Shown piece by piece: positions 23,850 through 35,605 of a DNA stretch of 64,000 bases (the first letter of the stretch is position 1; every line of letters starts with the position of its first letter). The translations under genes and the position numbers were made by a program. This stretch comes from Octopus vulgaris (taxonomy: Eukaryota), in NCBI GenBank assembly GCA_951406725.2, contig OX597819.1, positions 134,602,001 through 134,666,000 of the forward strand, read 5' to 3'. The notes below the pieces were generated by a model. It was given only the letters and a program-made list of their open reading frames with translations. It was not told the DNA's origin and ran no database searches.

Positions 23850-24780
23850 TATGTTCATGTAGTTGGCATTGTTGGAGGATGTAGAGAATGAAGCTTTGAG
23901 AGAGTTTGTGATGAAGAAGTGTCATTTATTTGTGATTGGGAAGTGTTTGAGAAAGGATTTTGCTATTAGTGTAAGTTGGATGGTGGGTTTTTGTTATCAG
24001 CTTAGAACCATTATCTGTTTTTTTGTGTAACATATTTTATCTCTAAACCTATTGCATTTTTAAGAGATACACCCAGAATCAGTAAAGTTTAATCTAATGA
24101 GAAAGAAATTTACTTTTTATGTCTTTCTTAATGGTGACATATAGTTGAAATTGTTATAGCAAACAGATGAGTTTTTCTTAATTTTTCTGTAGTGAGAAGT
24201 TCATGTCTTTAAGAATCAAGGATCTGTCATCATGGTTAAGTACTCATTCGAAGGAAGAAAATGTTGTATGTGGTTGGTTGAGTATGACCAATTCATTCAA
24301 GTCACAAACCTCAATGCATCCACATCTAAGGTTGACAATAAACTTTTTTCTCACTCATCTACTGTTATTAAAAGAAAGGATTTTCTCAGGTTCATGATTT
24401 ATCTTTGGTGATCGTAGATGAAAGAGAGAATGTTTAGTTGTAGTTTCTTGGTGGGAGGTGCAAAGAGTTTGTGATGTCAAATTGAGTGAAAGAGTAAATG
24501 TTTTTCATGTTTTCTATGGACTTCAACATTCTCTCAATGTCAGAATATTGTTCTTCGGGTTAAGAAGGAATTGTTCTTAATTGTGGGGCTGATTTTCTTA
24601 AAGATTTTCTCACAAACAGTAATTTGGTGCTGAAGATTACTCTTAAACAAGGGTAGCTATGGATGTTGATAATATGGATCTAGTTAGTGTTCATTTCAAC
24701 TCTGTTTCCTCTATTGAGTTCTTTCACATTTTGAGCTTATATCCCAAAGAATTTTGAATGGGTTTGTATTTGTATCCATA
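23850..24780 (-). mobile_element. Highly decayed Penelope-like RT remnant
   Basis: Broken minus-strand motifs in the expected order: TRRTIF, FDIT, VN(F)LDV, IMV/IIWF-like, KHFP..(N)K, LKASFSTSSN. No open frame. Confidence 0.45.
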
Positions 24781-25213
24781 ATGAAAATAAACTTGCAACT
24801 CTTTTCTTGTTAAAAAATGTGGACTACCTGCACAGTTAAATAAAAGCTTCAACAGAAGCCTACTGAATAATGGTCATAACTCCTAAACAAAAGCATTAAA
24901 ATACAAACAGCATGTCTCCATAAGTAGCCATAAAACTGTTCATGCATGGAAGGCTCCACCTAACACAGCCTATGTGCTTCCATGTTTTATATGCCTAGAC
25001 ACAGGTTTTCTCAAAATGTGTCTATTTTACCTGTCTTATTTACCTCTTACGTATCTATTCAAGTGTATATGCTCACACCTGTCTTGGTATGCGGCCTTAT
25101 ATGGCCAGTGTATATATGCCAGTATATTTTAGTTTGCACATCCATCCATCCATTTCTATATATATTTATGAATGGGTATATATATATATATCATCATCAT
25201 CATCATGCATATA

Positions 25214-25249
<36 letters not shown>

Positions 25250-25664
25250 TGTATGTATGTATGTACATGCATGCATTCTTTGTCTTATTACCACTCTATA
25301 CCTGTCTTTGTTTCAGCCCAGGTGTATATTGGATTCTACACCAGGTAATTAGTCTCACGATGCCTAAGTGAAGTATTAAAATACGCACACGCACACATAT
25401 ATTAGAGCGGTTCAAAATTTAAAGGTAAATTTTAAATCCTAAACTAGTTGTGGCCTGACTGGCTCTTATCAACAATTTAAAAGTGAATTTGAAATAAATT
25501 AATGTCTGACCCTTAATAAAACAATTGAAATAGAAAGGGAGGGAAAGAAAAAGAGAGAGGGAGATGGAAACAAAAGGACACACAGACAGACAGACAATCA
25601 GACAGAGCTACAAAATCTTAAAACAATGAAAACAAAATAAGCTTAAAGACAATTATTTTGTCTT

Positions 25665-25975
25665 TATTATTATTATTATTATTATTGCTTTTGCACAGCT
25701 TCTAACGCTGGAGATGTACTACGGTGTCAGCTGTTCATTACCAGTGAACTAAGGTAACACCTCTTATTTTTCGAGCACCTTCCAGAGTAGTTGAGCGGTT
25801 CCAAGCTGTGCTATTTTCTGCAAGTGCTCCACCCCACCCTTATCACATCCCCTATTTGTTCCATGTACTTCCTGAGATTTTTGCTCACTTTTCCTAGGGC
25901 TCTGACAATTATTGGTACTACTACCACCTTTTTCATCGATCACAACTGCTTAACTTCCTGTCATATCTCTCAACT
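25665..25975 (-). mobile_element. R4/Dong-type non-LTR element 3' end in (TAA)n
   Basis: Minus strand reads MKKVVVVPIIVRALGKV...LQKIAQLGTAQLLWKVLEK*, then a short UTR and (TAA)n. Confidence 0.75.
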
Positions 25976-26141
25976 TTTCATTATTATTATTATTATTTTG
26001 GGGTCGATTAAATAAGTACCAGTTAATCACTGGGGTCAATGTAATCGACTTAATCCCCTTGTCTGTGCTTGTTTGTTTCCTTTATGTTTAGCCCCCTGTG
26101 GGCAATAAATAAATAAATTATTATTATCATCATCATCATCA

Positions 26142-26196
<55 letters not shown>

Positions 26197-26231
26197 CATT
26201 ATTATTATTATCATTACTATTTTATTTATTT

Positions 26232-27560
26232 AGTGAAGAATTCCAGGTAGAGGTTGCGGTCCACCAAGGCTCAGTCCTCAGCCCCCTCCTATTTATCATA
26301 GTCCTCTAAGCAATAACAGAGGAATTCAAGACAGGATGACCCTGGGAGCTCCTCTATGCTGATGACCTTGCTCTAATTGCTGAATCACTATCAGAACTGG
26401 AGGAGAAGTTTCAGACGTGGAAGCAAGGATTAGAATCGAAGGGCCTTAGAGTCAATCTAGCTAAAACCAAAGTCCTAATAAGTAAGAAGGTAGACAAATC
26501 ACAAACGCCTTCAGGTAGATGGCCCTGCTCGATCTGTAGAAAAGGCATAGGTAGGAAGTCTAAGATGCACCAAGTGTAAGCTATGGACACATAAGAGGTG
26601 CAGCAATGTCAAAGGAAGGCTAACTAGGAAGATAGTTTTTGTATGTGGCAGATGCTCTGGTGCAATAAACACTGAAAATGCGCAGAGACTGTCTTCCGCC
26701 ACATTCCAGGGAGAAAAACTAGAAATAGTTGATAGTATTCATACTCGACAGAGTGTAAGTACCTTGAAAGAAAAGCTGGACCTAAGAAGCATCAGATGTG
26801 GTGTGCAAGAGAGACGTCTACGCTGGTATGGACACATGGTAAGAATGCATGAAGATAGTTGAGGGAACCTGTGGAAGAGGTAGACCCAGGAAAACCTGGA
26901 ACGAGGTGGTGAAGCATGACCTTCGCTCTTTAGGTCTCACCGAGGAAATGACCAGAGACCGAGACCTTTGGAAGTATGCTGTGCGTGAGAAGACCCAGCA
27001 GGACAAGTGAGGCCATAACCCGTGGCCCCCTACCTTGGACGTAGTCAGTCCACCTGTGCATACCTTCCCTTCTTGGGACACATAACTCTACTTGTGAAGA
27101 CTTGTTGAGGCAAGTGAAAATCAAAGAATCAAAAAATCAAATCAAATCGATCAACATCAATGGAATTTGTACCTTGTGGTACCAGTGCCGGTGGCACATA
27201 AAAGAACCATCAAAACGTGGCCGTAGCCAGCACTGCATCGACTGGCCTCCATGCTGGTGGCACATAACAAACACCATCCGATCGTGGCCGCACCTGGCCT
27301 TCGTACCGGTGGCACGTAAAAAGCACCATCCGAGCGTGGCCGTTCGCCAACCTCGTCTGGCACCTGTGTCGGTGGCACATAAAAAGCACCCACTAAACTC
27401 ACGGAGTGGTTGGCATTAGGAAGGGCATCCAGCTGTAGAAACACTGCCAGATCTGACTGGCCCGGTGCTGCCTTCGGGCTTCCCAGACCCCAGTTAAACC
27501 GTCCAACCCATGCTAGCATGGAAAGCACACGTTAAACGATGATGATGATGATGATGATGA
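26232..27560 (+). mobile_element. RTE LINE 3' copy with internal deletions
   Basis: HQGSVLSP, LYADDL, PHD-like insert, GRPRKTW, four hairpin units in the 3' UTR, (ATG)n tail. Confidence 0.9.
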
Positions 27561-27789
27561 TTACAGTGAACACGTGAAATGGAATTTTCTTTTGAAGTAA
27601 ATTTAACTTGAATAAAGTTATTGTTTGGGCATTTTAACAAATGTTGACTTTTTAAATTTTTTAATGGATTTTCCAATCAGCTAATGAAAATTAAATTTTG
27701 GCAATTAACTAAACAATAAAACTTACCTTCTAATATAATTTTTCATAAAAAGAAAATGAGAATATTGATTTTATTATCAACTACAACTG

Positions 27790-29902
27790 CAGTTCCTTGG
27801 TAGTTAAGGCAATTAGAAGCATGAAGAAAGGGAAAGCCCCAGGCCCATCAGGAATTACTGCAGAGATGTTCAAAATATCTGGTAGTGTTGGCTATAGCCT
27901 AGTCACCCGTATAGTTAACCAGGTGATACACGAAGGAGTCATATCCAATGACTGGTGTAGCAGCATAATAGTCAACTGCTACAAAGGTAAAGGTGACGCC
28001 CTAGATACAAATAACTACAGAGGTATACATTTGTTGGATCAGGTAATGAAGGTTACGGAGAGGGTCATAGCCCAACTAATTAGAGAGAGAGTTAGTTTAG
28101 ATGAGATGCAGTTTGGTTTCGTGCCAGGGAAAAGTACTACTGATGCTATATTCCTGGTAAGGTAGCTGCAGGAGAAATACCTATCCAAAGATGAGTCCCT
28201 GTACCTGGCTCTTGTTGACATGGAGAAAGCCTTCAACAGGGTCCCCCGATCCCTTATCTGGTGGTCAATGAGGAAACTAGGGATAGATGAATGGTTAGTG
28301 AGAGCTGTGCAAGCCATGTACAGGGATGCCACTAGTAAGGTGAGGGTTGGCAATGAGAACAGTGAAGAATTCCGGGTAGAGGTAGGGGTCCACCAAGGCT
28401 CAGTTCTCAGCCCCCTCCTATTTATCATAGTCCTCTAGGCAATAACGGAGGAATTCAAGACAGGATGCCACTGGGAGCTCCTCTATGCTGATGACCTTGC
28501 TCTAATTGCTGAATCACTATCAGAACTGGAGGAGAAGTTTCAGACGTGGAAGCAAGGATTAGAATCGAAGGGCCTTAGAGTCAATCTAGCTAAAACCAAA
28601 GTCCTAATAAGTAAGAAGGTAGACAAATCACAAACGCCTTCAGGTAGATGGCCCTGCTCGATCTGTAGAAAAAGTGTAGGTAGAAACTCTATAAGATGCA
28701 CCAAGTGTAAGCTATGGACACATAAGAGGTGCAGCAATGTCAAAGGAAGGCTAACTAGGAAGATAGTTTTTGTATGTGGCAGATGCTCTGGTGCAATAAA
28801 CACTGAAAATACTCTGAGACCAACTTCCGCCACATTCCAGGGAGAAAAACTAGAAATAGTTGATAGCTTCCGTTACCTAGGTGACCAATCAGTAGGGATG
28901 GGGGGTGCTGAAAGTGTAACTGCTAGAGTAAGAATAGCTTGGGCAAAGTTCAGAGAGCTCTTACCCCTGCTGGTGACCACAGGCCTCTCACTCAGAGTAA
29001 AAGGCAGACTGTATGACGCATGTGTACGAACAGCCATGCTACATGGCAGTGAAACATGGGCCGTAACTGCTGAGGATATATGTAAGCTCGCAAGAAATGA
29101 AGCCAGTATGCTCCGATGGATGTGTAATGTCAGTGTTCATACTCGACAGAGTGTAAGTACCTTGAGAGAAAAGCTGGACCTAAGAAGCATCAGTTGTGGT
29201 GTGCAAGAGAGACGATTGCGCTGGTATGGTCATGTGGTGAGAATGGATGAAGATAGTTGTGTGAAAAAGTGTCACACCCTAGCGGTTGAGGGAACCTGTG
29301 GAAGAGGCAGACCCAGGAAAACCTGGGACGAGGTGGTGAAGCATGACCTTCGAACTTCGGGTCTCACTGAGGAAATGACTAGAGACCGAGACCATTGGAA
29401 GTATGCTGTGCGTGAGAGGACCCGGCAGGACAAGTGAGAACATAACCCGTGGTCTCTACATGGGATGTGCCAGTCCACATATACATACCTTTCCTTCTTG
29501 GGACACAAAACTCTACTTGTGAAGACCTGTTGAGGCAAGTGAAAATCAAAATCAATCAACATCAATGGAAATTGCAGCTGTGATACCAGTGCTGGTGGCA
29601 CGTAAGAGAGCCATCCGAACGTGGCCATTGCCAGCGCCACCCCGACTGGCCTCGTGCCAGTGGCACGTAAAAAGCACCATCCGTTCATAGCCATTTGCCA
29701 GCCACATCTGGCACCTGTGCCGGTGGCACGTAAAAAGCACCCACTACACTCACGGAGTGATTGGCGTTAGGAAGGGCATCCAGCCGTAGAAACATTGCCA
29801 GATCAGACTGGAGCCTGGTGCAGCCTTCTGGCTTCCCAGACCCCAGTTGAACCGTCCAACCCATGCCAGCATGGAAAGCAGACGTTAAACGATGATGATG
29901 AT
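27790..29902 (+). mobile_element. RTE LINE, 5'-truncated, whole RT region with stops and frameshift
   Basis: GKAPGPSG, NYRGI, QFGF, STTDAIF, DMEKAF, GVHQGSVLSP, LYADDL, PHD insert, YLG, C-terminal domain, 3' UTR, (ATG)n. Confidence 0.95.
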
Positions 29903-30184
29903 GAACATAAACTCATTGGAATCAAAATCAACAATTTGCTGCAATAACTTGGAAAATAAACTGAAGTTGATCGACTTTGAAACAACTGCATTTTGTAGCA
30001 ACCTTCATTCATTTTGGTCTTTGACTCTTACTAAATTCTGCAATAATGGTTTCTGCAGCAATAAAGGCTCTCCTGTCCTTCCAAAAGGGAGAATCTTCAT
30101 CAAAGAATCCTCATAGAAATCCAAACTGTCAAAAATCTGGCCTTTCTTTGTTTCAGAATCCAATAAAGTTTTCTGGTACACTAA

Positions 30185-30218
<34 letters not shown>

Positions 30219-31506
30219 ACTTCTGCCTTTGAGCAAGATATCTCCAATTCTTTTATTCTGGAAGCTTCAGTCAGAATCCTTTTGGTTTCCAAATTTATTT
30301 CTTGACCAAAGACACTAAAATCAAATCTACCACAAAATACCACAAGTGTCAAATGATGATGATGATGATGATGATGTCTACTTTCTTAATTAGTGCCTGG
30401 TAGTTGTTCTAATTGTACAGTGAAAGTATGCTGATAATTTTCAAAAAGTCGAGGGGGTCATTTCTTGGTGCTGTAAGAAGTTTGGATGTTAAACATTTGG
30501 TTTAAAGACCCACTTGAAAGATATTTTATTTTCTTAGAAATTCATCTCAAGCTGAGGTGAGACAGTTCTATCTGAAAACACCTGGTCAAAATTGCTTTGA
30601 TTAATGTTGGGCCATTATGACTGAACCCATTTTGCCAGGTGAAAAGGTTGTTCACTCTTAAACGGTGACACCCAAAATTATTTCAAAGTTATGAATGATG
30701 CCAGCATGTAATTAAATAAATAAATAGATAAAAGTTTGCAATTTAACAACAGCTAAAGACAGTCTTGGGTATCCCATTTCTATCCCCAACTTTTCCCTGT
30801 CCTTGTCAAATTCTATGAAACATTTTTTCTACAAAATCAGAAAGATAAAGCTGCACGTTCCAGAGCTTTTATGTTTGTGAAAGACTAATATTTCTATTGT
30901 ATCGAACTAAACTTTATTAATCAGGATGTTTGAGTTGTGGAAAATTTAAGGAGCAACATTATAAACACCAGAAAAAAGCAGCTTTGACACTAAATTGCCA
31001 AATTTCAGCCATGCAAGTTGGATTCCTGACAAACACACTTTCATCCCCCATCCGACATGTTGCTGAATGCCAAGTCTTTCCTTTATTTTTATCTTTGTTA
31101 AGGTTCAAAATTTGTGCCCACAGATTCAGGAACTGAGAAATGGCACAAAACAAGGATTGTTTTCTCAAGGAAGAAAACATAGATTTTGTTGTTGCTGTTG
31201 TTGTTGATAATCACAACACACTAACATGCAACGAAACCCGATTTAGAGTCAGCATCCAAAGAATAGTTAAGATATGATTTTTCGAGGACTTTGTCTTTGA
31301 TTTTGTTTTGAACACCATTAAGAACAGCTCACAATTCACAGTTCAATGATATTGGTCATTAGAAACTTCCCAGTAAATGGAATAGTAAATTGTAGCACTG
31401 TTTGACTTCATGTTTCTTGATGGCATTGCAAGACCTTTGAGAGCACCATACTTGAAAAACCCTCTGTGCAAATTCTAACATGATTATTCTAAGATATTCT
31501 GTAGAA

Positions 31507-31915
31507 TAGGTGCAGGAGTGGCTGTGTGGTAAGTAGCTTGCTAACCAACCACATGGTTCTGGTTCAGTCCCACTGCGTGGCATCTTGGGCAAGTGTCTTC
31601 TGCTATAGCCCCGGTCCGACCAATGCCTTGTGAGTGGATTTGGTAGATGGAAACTGAAAGAAGCCTGTCGTATATATGTATATATATATGTGTGTGTGTG
31701 TGGGTTTGTGTGTCTGTGTTTGTCCCCCTAGCATTGCTTGACAACCGATGCTGGTGTGTTTACGTCCCCATCACTTAGCGGTTCAGCAAAAGAGACCGAT
31801 AGAATAAGTACTGGGCTTACAAAGAATAAGTCCCGGGGTCGATTTGCTCGACTAAAGGCGGTGCTCCAGCATGGCTGCAGTCAAATGACTGAAACAAGTA
31901 AAAGAGTAAAGAGAA
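31507..31915 (+). mobile_element. tRNA-derived SINE (family D), full length
   Basis: tggctgtgtgg A box, ggttcagtccc B box, cttgggcaag motif, internal (TA)(TG) microsatellite, (gtaaaaga)n tail. Partial copy at 38765-38995. Confidence 0.85.
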
Positions 31916-33454
31916 TCAGAATTAGTCTACATGTTAAAAAAAACAAAAAACATTTATTGATGGCAATTGTTTCAAGTACTTTCAAGGACAAAACTTGGCA
32001 GCAAATATCATTTTCGTGAACAAAAATGTGAAAAGCAATGTTTTTTACTGTATTTTTAGAAATATTTTTAAAATTATGGGTGAGTGTTTTTAGCTATGAT
32101 AACCAGCTACAACTTGCAGTTTTAAATGTTGAAAAACAGATTAAAAAATAGCTCAAAAATAGGACAAAAAAAGCATAGAAGATTCATTGCTGCATGAAAT
32201 AACAAATTTTTATTTTCATTGTTACAAAGAATGATTATTGAACTCTATAGATTTACAATGACAAATGTTTGAAAATTCTTTTCTGAAGATATGTAAAAAT
32301 GTAATGTGTCAATAGACGTGTTTTACAAGTTCATTAACCGCTAAGCCCGGTTTCACCCGGTCGGTTTGGATGATGTGGCTGTAAAACCTGCTCTGTGTAA
32401 GCATTCGACTTGTTTGGGTACGCTTACATTAAAAAACAATTTTAGAATGACTTTTTTCTGTCAAAACGTTAAAAATAACTGGCCCACCAAAAAATAACCA
32501 TAATTCAACCAAATCAAAAAAATAAACCCAAATACTAAGCAGACAAAGGTGAACCATCCCACTTCCATTGTGTGCACAGACGCACACACGCACAAACACA
32601 CACACATTCACATACACCCCTTTTACATACACACATATATTCATACAATTTTCATCATCCCTTCCTTTCTCATTTATAAACACAAGAGTATTATTATGGT
32701 AGATTATCTCGGTAACCATAGGAGCTATGAAAATAATACAAAGTCCAGCATCACCACCAGATCATTCTACACATCTATAATTTTTCGCACAATTCCACCC
32801 AGCCATTTGACCGTGAATGGCAAGACAAGAAAGAATCGCCCGTGTCGAATTTATATTCATAGTTGTAATCATAATGGTGCAGATGGTGTGATAGTGGTGA
32901 TGGGAACTTGATAGAGGGCAACACTAGGTAGGTATAGGGGTTCTCCACCTTTTACCATAAAAGAAAAATTTTGTCTCCATGGTAACTGTAGTGAATCTGT
33001 CTTTGGAAGCTGAAACATATTTTAGTTAAGCCACAGTTTGTGAATGCCTAGTCACTGTGGTGTTTCACCATCCATCGCTCCTAAATGGGATTTGGAGTAA
33101 AGAGTCTTGTCTCTCTATGACCTTCAGGTGTTTTAATAACTCTGCACTTTGAGGTAGTCATCTCCACTGTGCTAAATCACAGCCTACCAGTGAACAAGCA
33201 AAACGCATACATTGAGCATGTGTAGTCAGTAATATACTTATATATTACTAAGGTGTTACTATTATTGTTATCTTCCCTAGCGGTGGGGCTACCATTATTG
33301 TTGTCAGGATTACCATTATTCACATCTATGCTGGTGCCTCTGCTAGGGTCGCCACTGCTGCTGTTGGTATTGACACTGGGTCTGCTACTGCTGCCATAAA
33401 CAGGACTGCACGGTCTGTCAGTGGGTGCATTGTCATGTCTGCTCTGGAGATATG

Positions 33455-33850
33455 CTATGACTGAGAGAAAGAGCCAGCAAGTAAAGTGAGATCATGGCTG
33501 ATGCCAGCGCCACCTTGACTGGCTTCCGTGCCGGTGGCATGTAAAAGCACCATCCAAACATGGTTGATGCCAGCCCCCTCTGGCTCCTGTGCCAGTGGCA
33601 CATAAAAGCAATATCTGAATGTGGTCAATGCCAGCCCCCTCTGGCCCCTGTGCCAGTAGCGCGTAAAAAGCACCAACTACATTCTCGGAGTGGTTAGCGT
33701 TAGGAAGGGCATCCAACTGTAGAAACCTTGCCAGATCAGATAGGAGCCTGGTGCAGCCTCCTGGCTTCCCAAACCCCAGTTGAACTGTCCAATCCATGCC
33801 AGCATGGAAAATGGACATTAAATGATGATGATGATGATGATGATGATGAT
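33455..33850 (+). mobile_element. RTE LINE 3' UTR only
   Basis: Three GTGCC-NGT-GGCAC units, the conserved terminal block and an (ATG)n tail. Confidence 0.85.
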
Positions 33851-33979
33851 ATATTTCTTACTGGTGAAGGCTGGTTTATAGGGTCACCAGTTGGCTAATG
33901 ACCTTAAATATCGAGAGGGAATACAATACGGATGTAATTGTCTGCCTTTTTGCTGCTGGCTTCCAGCTATGTTGCCATG

Positions 33980-34202
33980 TTAGTTAGTTAGTTAGTTAGT
34001 TAATTTGGCTCAAAAGCAAATAGCAAGGCCATGTAGGAGGACATGGAGTTAAGTACAGGGTGGTGTTCATGTAAAGAGTTCAGGCCACTTGAGGTCCAGG
34101 GAGGCTTTGAACAAAGCGGTCGTCGGCATCTTCACCATCTCGTCTGGCAGCTTGTTCCACGGATCCGCAACCCGGACGGAGAAAGCTCCTCTCCTTCGAT
34201 TG
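33980..34202 (-). mobile_element. CR1-type LINE 3' end (same family as 63080-64000)
   Basis: Minus strand RRGAFSVRVADPWNKLPDE with a (TAAC)n tail; near-identical to 63080-63295. Confidence 0.85.
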
Positions 34203-34623
34203 TTCTGCTATGAAGGTAAAACAACAGAGGTTTATCTCTCCCTCCCATCAGCAATCAACTTCCGACTGTGCTGTTATTTTCGCTATTACTGCTATTATGT
34301 GGTTCCCAGAATATTAGTAGAAATCTTCTAAGTACACTCTGAAAATCTCTGTTCTGGAGTTCAGAATGTTCCCCGGTTTGTGTGAGTTTTTTAGGATTTT
34401 TGTGTGTTTGGCTATGCATAGCTTACAGCTTTTCATTCCATTGAGATTGAGTGTGGAATTCCATCTTCCTTTAGTTGCCGAACATGGCTGGCCAGTGATG
34501 TCATGTATCTCCTTTTCTGGACCCTGAAGGAGGATTTATGCTTGGAAAGACATTTTTCAAAGGAATTTCCCATGTAACGAATGTATTTCCTTGGACGGGT
34601 GATGTTGGTATCGAGCCTATTAC

Positions 34624-34752
34624 TGTTGCTGCTGCTGCTGCTGCTGCTGTTGCTGCTGCTGTTGCTGTTGCTGCTGCTGCTGTTGCTGTTGCTGCTGCTG
34701 CTGCTGTTGCTGTTGCTGCTGCTGCTGCTGCTGTTGCTGCTGCTGTTGCTGT

Positions 34753-34787
<35 letters not shown>

Positions 34788-34788
34788 A

Positions 34789-34827
<39 letters not shown>

Positions 34828-34870
34828 TGCTGTTGCTGTTGCTGCTGCTGCTGTTGCTGCTGCTGCTGTT
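34624..34870. repeat. (GCT/GTT)n = CAG/CAA trinucleotide tract, about 82 units
   Basis: Direct reading. Confidence 0.97.
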
Positions 34871-35359
34871 GGCACTATTGCTACTGCTGTTGATGCTGTT
34901 GATACTGATGATGCTGGGGCCGGGGTTGTTGGTGGTGGTGGTTGTGTCGGTGGTGTTACTGACTCTGCACCTGTTGACATTATTAATGTTGCTGATGATG
35001 CTGTTGTTGACAATGTTGTTGCTGGAGTCGGGGCTGTTGGTGCTGGTGTTGGCAAAGGTTGGGGTGGCGTTGGTAATGTTATTGTTATTGCCAGTTATGG
35101 AGGGGGTGCTTTAGTTACTAACACTGTAGCCAAAGGTGTAACTATTATTGTTATCTTCCCTAGCGGTGGGGGTACCATTATTGTTGTCAGGGTTACCAGT
35201 ATTCACATCTATGCTGGTGCCTCTGCTAGGGTCACTGCTGCTGCTGTTGGTATTGTCCCCAATATAGTTGGTATTGACACTGGGTCTGCTACTGCTGCCA
35301 TAAACAGGGCCACATGACTTGTCATGTCTGCTATTGGGGAAGCTGTTTGTAAGGCTGGT

Positions 35360-35605
35360 GTTTGAGACAATGTCAGTGTGGTCAAGGTTTGAGACAATGT
35401 CAGTGTGGTCAAGGTTTGAGACAATGTCAGTGTGGTCAAGGTTTGAGACAATGTCAGTGTGGTCAAGGTTTGAGACAATGTCAGTGTGGTCAAGGTTTGA
35501 GACAATGTCAGTGTGGTCAAGGTTTGAGACAATGTCAGTGTGGTCAAGGTTTGAGACAATGTCAGTGTGGTCAAGGTTTGAGACAATGTCAGTGTGGTCA
35601 AGGTT
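35360..35605. repeat. Perfect 27-bp minisatellite x9 (gtttgagacaatgtcagtgtggtcaag)
   Basis: Nine identical units, matching the 9-aa periodic ORFs in the track. Confidence 0.97.

Noticed and set aside
29589-29741. CRISPR-like repeat-spacer pattern (palindromic 25-nt repeat, ~37-nt spacers)
   Set aside because: The spacers are homologous to each other, the array is part of a LINE 3' UTR, the context is eukaryotic and there are no cas genes.
34501-35317. Poly-Ala antifreeze-like, poly-Leu or mucin-like ORFs
   Set aside because: These are shadow frames of a trinucleotide tract. The flanking sequence reads as a Penelope endonuclease in another frame, and the polyQ frame stops right after the tract.
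35360-35605. 27-bp repeat as CRISPR array or Cys-rich (RQCQCGQGL)n protein
   Set aside because: Head-to-tail identical units without spacers; the ORFs arise from the 27-bp period.
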